A stretch of DNA of 64,000 nucleotides, taken from the NCBI GenBank assembly GCA_021731625.1, contig JAKFXC010000060.1, positions 794-64,793 on the forward strand. Reading direction: 5' to 3'. Position 1 is the first letter of the stretch. Each line of letters begins with the position of its first letter. Source of the DNA: Candidatus Omnitrophota bacterium. Its GTDB lineage: Bacteria; Omnitrophota; Gorgyraeia; Zapsychrales; Fredricksoniimonadaceae. Under the pieces are notes generated by a model. That model was not told the origin of the DNA. It saw only the letters and a program-made list of their open reading frames with translations, and did no database searches. This document shows, in pieces, positions 59,265-64,000 of the stretch. Both the position numbers and the translations under genes were made by a program.

Positions 59265-59987
59265 ATGCGTATAGTACCCTTTATGAGCATTGCCACGTTG
59301 TTCCAAAAACAAACCTTCGCCGGCGACAAAAAGCATTTGGTGCACTTCCTTGTGCCGTATGAGAAAAAACTCATTGCCGCCCTGTTGCCCGTGGTCCCTG
59401 CCCAGATGAGCACCGTTCACCTGACCTTAATGACCGTGTTGTGGTCCATTGTGATCATTGCGGCGGGGTACCTGGCCCAGCATGACATGCGCTGGATGGC
59501 GCTCTTTAGCGCGGGCATTTTTTTACAGTATGTCACCGATATGCTGGATGGGGCCGTGGGCCGCCTGCGCGGTACGGGCTTGATCAAATGGGGCTTTTAC
59601 ATGGACCATTTCCTAGATTTTATTTTCCTCTGCTCCATTATCACGGGCTATTCCTTTTTATTGCCGGCCTCGTTTTTGCCATTGGTCTTATTGTGTTTGG
59701 CTTGTTGCGCCGGGTTTATGGTGCATGCCTTCCTGGATTTCGCCATCACCAATAATTTTAAAATCAGCGTCAATGAATTTGGCGTGTCCGAGGCCCGTAT
59801 GGCGCTGATCCTTTTTAATATCGGGCTCATTTTCACCGGCAAGGATTTGCTGGTGAGCATATTCCCATTTTTTGTGACTTTGGCCTGCATCGCTTTGTGT
59901 GCCGTGGTTTACAATTCACAAAAAACGTATGGCCACATTGATGCGATGCAGCAAGCCACCACCAATGAGGAGGTGAGCTATGGATAG
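59265..59987 (+). CDS. CDP-alcohol phosphatidyltransferase
   Basis: DMLDGAVGR..G...D...D motif. Confidence 0.88.
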   Translation: MRIVPFMSIATLFQKQTFAGDKKHLVHFLVPYEKKLIAALLPVVPAQMSTVHLTLMTVLWSIVIIAAGYLAQHDMRWMALFSAGIFLQYVTDMLDGAVGRLRGTGLIKWGFYMDHFLDFIFLCSIITGYSFLLPASFLPLVLLCLACCAGFMVHAFLDFAITNNFKISVNEFGVSEARMALILFNIGLIFTGKDLLVSIFPFFVTLACIALCAVVYNSQKTYGHIDAMQQATTNEEVSYG

Positions 59988-60444
59988 GCCGTTGAACAAA
60001 GGGATGCACCATGTGATTACGGCCATTCTGGTCTTTCAATTGGCCGGATGCGGGACCCTGCTTTACCCGGAGCGTCGAGGGCAGAAGGCCGGGCATTTGG
60101 ATGCCGGAGTCGTCATTCTGGATGCCATCGGTTTGTTGTTTTTCTTGATCCCCGGCATCATTGCCTTTGCAGTGGATTTTAGCAACGGGACCATCTATTT
60201 GCCTGCTTCGAGGACCTCCGCGTCCAGCGGCGATAAAATCGAATATCGAAAAATCAAGTTCGATCCTAAGCGCACCACCATGGTTGAGATCGAAGACACG
60301 ATCAGGAAAGAGACAGGGTATAAAATTAAGCTGACCCAAAGCAATGTGACAATCACGCGTCTTAAGACCCTGGAAGACATGCAGGCAAGTTTCGCAGAAG
60401 CTATGTCGGGCATACACAACAATCGCATTGCCTTAAGCCTTTAA
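59980..60444 (+). CDS. Hypothetical lipoprotein
   Basis: Lipobox LAGC; GTLLYPER.GQ, IPGIIAFAVDF. Confidence 0.75.
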   Translation: MDRPLNKGMHHVITAILVFQLAGCGTLLYPERRGQKAGHLDAGVVILDAIGLLFFLIPGIIAFAVDFSNGTIYLPASRTSASSGDKIEYRKIKFDPKRTTMVEIEDTIRKETGYKIKLTQSNVTITRLKTLEDMQASFAEAMSGIHNNRIALSL

Positions 60445-60476
60445 AACGTGCAAGAGTATAAACGGGAGGAGGATAT

Positions 60477-60743
60477 ATGACAACGGATCAGATGGTATTA
60501 TTAGTGCTTCTCATTTTAGTCATTGGGGCGTTTCCCGCCTGGCCGTACAGCCGCGCTTGGGGCTATGGGCCCATGAGTGCTCTGACTGTTATTGTGGTGA
60601 TTTTGGTGGTGTATGCGCTGGTTATCAAACCATCGTCTCGACCAGCAGGTGAAAGTTTGCGCTCCGACGTGAGGGCGGCTGGCCAAGATTTGAAGGAAAT
60701 GGGCCGCGATGCCGCAGACACGGTCCGGGATGCGGTGAAATAG
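60477..60743 (+). CDS. DUF3309-like small membrane protein
   Basis: IGAFPAWPYSRAWGYGP. Confidence 0.8.
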   Translation: MTTDQMVLLVLLILVIGAFPAWPYSRAWGYGPMSALTVIVVILVVYALVIKPSSRPAGESLRSDVRAAGQDLKEMGRDAADTVRDAVK

Positions 60744-60775
60744 CATTTAATCTGGAATCAGGTAAGGGAGACTAT

Positions 60776-61015
60776 ATGAATGTGAAAATGATGTGGATCA
60801 GTTTATCCGCGGCGACGGCAGTGCTGGCAGCCGGTTGCAGCCCTTCATTTTGGGGCGGTGGCGCCACCGGAGCGGTGGGAGCAGGGGCCGGGTATGAATG
60901 GCACGCCAATCAGGAAAAAAAGAAAATAGATGATGATTTGAAGGCTGGAAAGATTGATCAGCGCGAATACGATATTCGCCGTGATCAGATCCAACGGGAT
61001 TCTGTCCTGCAATAG
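60776..61015 (+). CDS. Small lipoprotein
   Basis: Lipobox AAGC; Gly-rich; GKIDQREY. Confidence 0.7.
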   Translation: MNVKMMWISLSAATAVLAAGCSPSFWGGGATGAVGAGAGYEWHANQEKKKIDDDLKAGKIDQREYDIRRDQIQRDSVLQ

Positions 61016-61076
61016 CCCTTGGATCGGCGGTATTTAAACCCCTTGGCAAGATTTGTTAAGGGGTTTATTATTTTGT

Positions 61077-61868
61077 ATGCCTAAATCCAATCGGGATTTT
61101 GCCGCGCAGACATTGAGGGTTGAATTTCAGCGTTTGCAGCGCGACACCGCCAGGGTTGTTCACGCCGCGGGGGCCGCAACCGTGCATGATGTGCGGGTGG
61201 CGGCCATGAGGGTGGCATTTGGACTTAAATTTTTTGAAGATTATCTTAACGTCCAAGAGGCCACGCTCCTTAAGGATCGGCTGAAACAGGCTCGGGACAA
61301 GATGGGGAAGGCCCGCAATTGGGACATTATGTGGGAACGTGTTCCAGAGAGGGAAATACGATCACTGGTCTTTGTTCGTCGCAGCATGGCTCGCAAGGAA
61401 TTGAAAGGCACTCTTAAGTCGTCTTGGTACAAGAGGATTTTTGGGCACAACGAAGAATTGATCCTGAAGGATCTTAAGGACAATCATCACGCTCAAGATT
61501 TGCTGGAGGCGGAGGCTCAAAAATTTCTCCGCTGGCAGAGAAAAAGGATCCGCCGCAAAGACCTGCACCAAGTCCGCATTAGTTTCAAAAAGTTAAGATA
61601 TGCTTGCGAATTTACCGCAAATTTCTATAAAATAGATTTGCATCGAATCGTGGCATTGCTCGAGAAATTCCAGGATGTTTTGGGTGAGCGCCAAGATGCC
61701 TTAAGCATGAAAGAACAGCTGGTCCAGTTAAGGGAAGCCGGGCAAAGAATTCCTCAAAAAATCATTAAACGGCAAAAGCGAGAGGTTCAAAAGGCGGAAT
61801 CCCGCTTTGAACGGCTCTGGAACAAATATTCCCCCGAGACCCTCATCCGCTTAATTAAAAATGCCTAA
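61077..61868 (+). CDS. CHAD domain protein
   Basis: VHDVRVA, LHQVRISFKKLRYACE, QDVLGERQD. Confidence 0.88.
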   Translation: MPKSNRDFAAQTLRVEFQRLQRDTARVVHAAGAATVHDVRVAAMRVAFGLKFFEDYLNVQEATLLKDRLKQARDKMGKARNWDIMWERVPEREIRSLVFVRRSMARKELKGTLKSSWYKRIFGHNEELILKDLKDNHHAQDLLEAEAQKFLRWQRKRIRRKDLHQVRISFKKLRYACEFTANFYKIDLHRIVALLEKFQDVLGERQDALSMKEQLVQLREAGQRIPQKIIKRQKREVQKAESRFERLWNKYSPETLIRLIKNA

Positions 61869-62238
61869 AACCAGTTATATTCCGCTATTTTTGTGGATGC
61901 TGCTCATTTTTTGTCTTTCGTCGATTCCGAGAGTGGCTTTGCCGCAAATGCCGACGGATACGGTGGATTTTGTGGCGCATAAATTCGCGCATTTGGTGGA
62001 GTACACCATGTTAGGGTTGTTGTGGGCCAGGGCCTGGGTCAAGAGCGGCGGGACCATTAAATTTAGGACCATTCTATTTTTAATGTGCTGGGTCCTGGTT
62101 TATGCGGCTTTTGACGAATGGCATCAGACTTTTGTGCCGGGGCGTCATGGGCGGGGTGTGGATGTCTTCTTTGATACAATTTACGGAACGATCGGCATCC
62201 TGCTTTACCGGCGCACGTTAAAAGTCTTTGCAAGGTAA
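61861..62238 (+). CDS. VanZ family protein
   Basis: KFAHLVEY, DEWHQTFVPGR. Confidence 0.88.
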   Translation: MPKTSYIPLFLWMLLIFCLSSIPRVALPQMPTDTVDFVAHKFAHLVEYTMLGLLWARAWVKSGGTIKFRTILFLMCWVLVYAAFDEWHQTFVPGRHGRGVDVFFDTIYGTIGILLYRRTLKVFAR

Positions 62239-62264
62239 GATTTTTCTGATAGCTTGATGATCCT

Positions 62265-62609
62265 ATGCCTAAACATCCATACCATTCTTCCTATTTCCGC
62301 ACCGCGTATTCCTGCATCCTGATTTGTTTGGTCATGACGGTCGGCACCATCGGGGTTCATTTTATTGAACATATGCCCTGGAGCGACGCCTTTTATTTTA
62401 TGAGCATGATCGCCACTGCCCAAGGGGCAAATTATGAGCCGCAAACCGTTCTGGGGAAGGTGTTCATAGCGGCTATGGCTTTTGTGAGCGTGGGTGCAGT
62501 GGTGGCGGCGTTGGGATTTTTGTTTGGGCCATTTCTAGGAAAGGTATTTTTGGTGGGGGAACATACATTTGAGGAAGAGATTAAGAGCGTAAAACATAAA
62601 AGGGATTAA
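62265..62609 (+). CDS. Two-TM ion-channel-like (Ion_trans_2-type) protein
   Basis: GTIGVHFIE..WSDAFYF..P.T..GKVF; lacks a canonical GYG filter. Confidence 0.65.
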   Translation: MPKHPYHSSYFRTAYSCILICLVMTVGTIGVHFIEHMPWSDAFYFMSMIATAQGANYEPQTVLGKVFIAAMAFVSVGAVVAALGFLFGPFLGKVFLVGEHTFEEEIKSVKHKRD

Positions 62610-62795
62610 GGAATACAGATTTTTCGGCTGGGCGGCCGAAAAATCTGTACGTGGCCCAATGTGGGCCAAGTACGCCCGGCTGACGTGGCGTTCGCTTAGA
62701 CAGAATATTTGCTCGATAAGCGTTTCAGGATCTATGCCGCAAACATTCTTTCTAAACAAGCTCCGCAAGTCAGGGGCTCATTTAAAGGAGGTTTT

Positions 62796-63059
62796 ATGAG
62801 AACCACAACAGTTATTTTACTTTTAACTTCGACATTGATCTTAAGCGGTTGCGCCCAAAATAAGACCAGGGTAGCCGAAGGGGCTGGCATCGGCGCGGTT
62901 TTAGGGGCGGCAGTGGGAGGCATCATCGGGTACCAAAGCGGGCATCCGTTGCAGGGAGCGGCTATTGGCGGTGCCGTGGGTGGAGCCAGCGGTGCGGCGG
63001 TCGGAGCTCAGATCGAGAAACCAGCCGGGGATGTACAAACCAATGGCACAAGCAACTAA
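62796..63059 (+). CDS. Glycine-zipper lipoprotein
   Basis: Lipobox LSGC; GAGIGAVLGAAVGG repeats; GGAGG RBS. Confidence 0.85.
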   Translation: MRTTTVILLLTSTLILSGCAQNKTRVAEGAGIGAVLGAAVGGIIGYQSGHPLQGAAIGGAVGGASGAAVGAQIEKPAGDVQTNGTSN

Positions 63060-64000
63060 TTCATTTGGACTCTCGGATGTCCGCCATGTGGTTGCGGTGT
63101 CCTCCTGCAAAGGGGGCGTAGGGAAATCTACGGTGGCCGCCGGTTTGGCCAGGGCCCTGGCTGCTCAAGGGTTTAAGACCGGGATTTTGGATGCCGATAT
63201 CCACGGGCCTTCCTTGCCCACCTTGTTTCATTTGCCGCAGGCCCAACTGCAGGCCAATGAATTTAAAATGCTCAAGCCCATCGAAGCCGAAGGACTTAAA
63301 CTCATGTCCTTCGGCTTTTTATTGGGGGATGCGCCTGCTGTGATGCGCGGGCCTATTGTCACGCGTTATATCCAGCAATTGCTGTTTCAAACCGACTGGG
63401 GCAAGCTGGATTATTTGATCGTGGACATGCCGCCAGGGACAGGCGACGTGCAACTGACAATCACGCAATCGGTGCGTTTGACCGGAGCGGTGATTGTCAC
63501 CACCCGCCAAACGCTGTCGCTGGTGGATGTGGCCCGGGGCATTTTGATGTTTGAGAAAGTCCAGGTGCCGATTTTGGGCATTGTTGACAATATGGCTTAT
63601 TTTGTTTGCGATGACTGCCAAAAGAAACATTTTTTATTCGGGGCCACGGATGTGCAGGAGCGTTTCGGGGTAAGGGTTTTGACGCAGATCCCCTTGCTGC
63701 CTAGCCTTAACCTGCATACGTATATGGAAGCGGCAAGCCGGGCCATGCAGGAAGCCATTAAGATCCAGGCCCTGGCCAGCCAAACGCTGCCGCAGATCCG
63801 ATTCGACGCCCAATCTGTTGGGCTGAAGTTTGCTGATGGCAAAGAAGTAACGTTTAAAAACCGAGATCTGCGGGCCCTGTGCCGCTGCGCCTTATGTGTC
63901 AACGAACTGAGTGGAAAAAGCTTACTTGACCTAGCCGCAATCCGGCCGGACATTGCCGCCAAAGAAATCCTCCCTTTGGGCAATTACGCTATAGGCATCA
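63043..64000 (+). CDS. mrp: Mrp/ApbC Fe-S carrier ATPase with C-terminal DUF971-like domain, runs off window end
   Basis: Manual translation: SSCKGGVGKST, DADIHGPS, DMPPGTGD, CDDC, then LRALCRCALC..GNYAI. Confidence 0.9.
   Translation, partial: MAQATNSFGLSDVRHVVAVSSCKGGVGKSTVAAGLARALAAQGFKTGILDADIHGPSLPTLFHLPQAQLQANEFKMLKPIEAEGLKLMSFGFLLGDAPAVMRGPIVTRYIQQLLFQTDWGKLDYLIVDMPPGTGDVQLTITQSVRLTGAVIVTTRQTLSLVDVARGILMFEKVQVPILGIVDNMAYFVCDDCQKKHFLFGATDVQERFGVRVLTQIPLLPSLNLHTYMEAASRAMQEAIKIQALASQTLPQIRFDAQSVGLKFADGKEVTFKNRDLRALCRCALCVNELSGKSLLDLAAIRPDIAAKEILPLGNYAIGI

Overview
Bacterial chromosomal window spanning the replication origin. Genes left of ~16.8 kb are on the minus strand: a Tad pilus cluster, mdh, tRNA-Glu and gyrA-gyrB-dciA-dnaN-oriC-dnaA. 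Genes to the right are on the plus strand: rpmH-yidD-yidC-parAB, ndk, yicC-gmk-rpoZ-coaC, tRNAs, thrS-infC-rpmI-rplT-pheST, 6S RNA, rarA-ygfA-rny-ymdB, gltX and tRNA-Gln. After tRNA-Gln come an AT-rich accessory region (~39.75-48.9 kb) and envelope genes. Gene style suggests a PVC-group bacterium, probably Ca. Omnitrophota (inference, not tested). Most notable: (1) a family of ~94-96 bp double-hairpin units directly upstream of tRNA-Cys, -Leu and -Gln, with conserved loops but locus-specific stems; each has a perfect 11-bp arm complementary to the 5' boundary of its own tRNA, and rnpA is missing from its usual locus; (2) an integrase-less, integron-like cassette series behind tRNA-Gln, bounded by repeated att-like scars that translate as WLPxLDEFRNWL; (3) a Tad system with CpaE-CpaF and secretin-TonB_C fusions, plus an ExbB-ExbD-TPR operon whose TonB-like partner ends in a VWA domain; (4) several REP-like palindrome families. 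All calls are by-eye; no database searches or folding programs were run.
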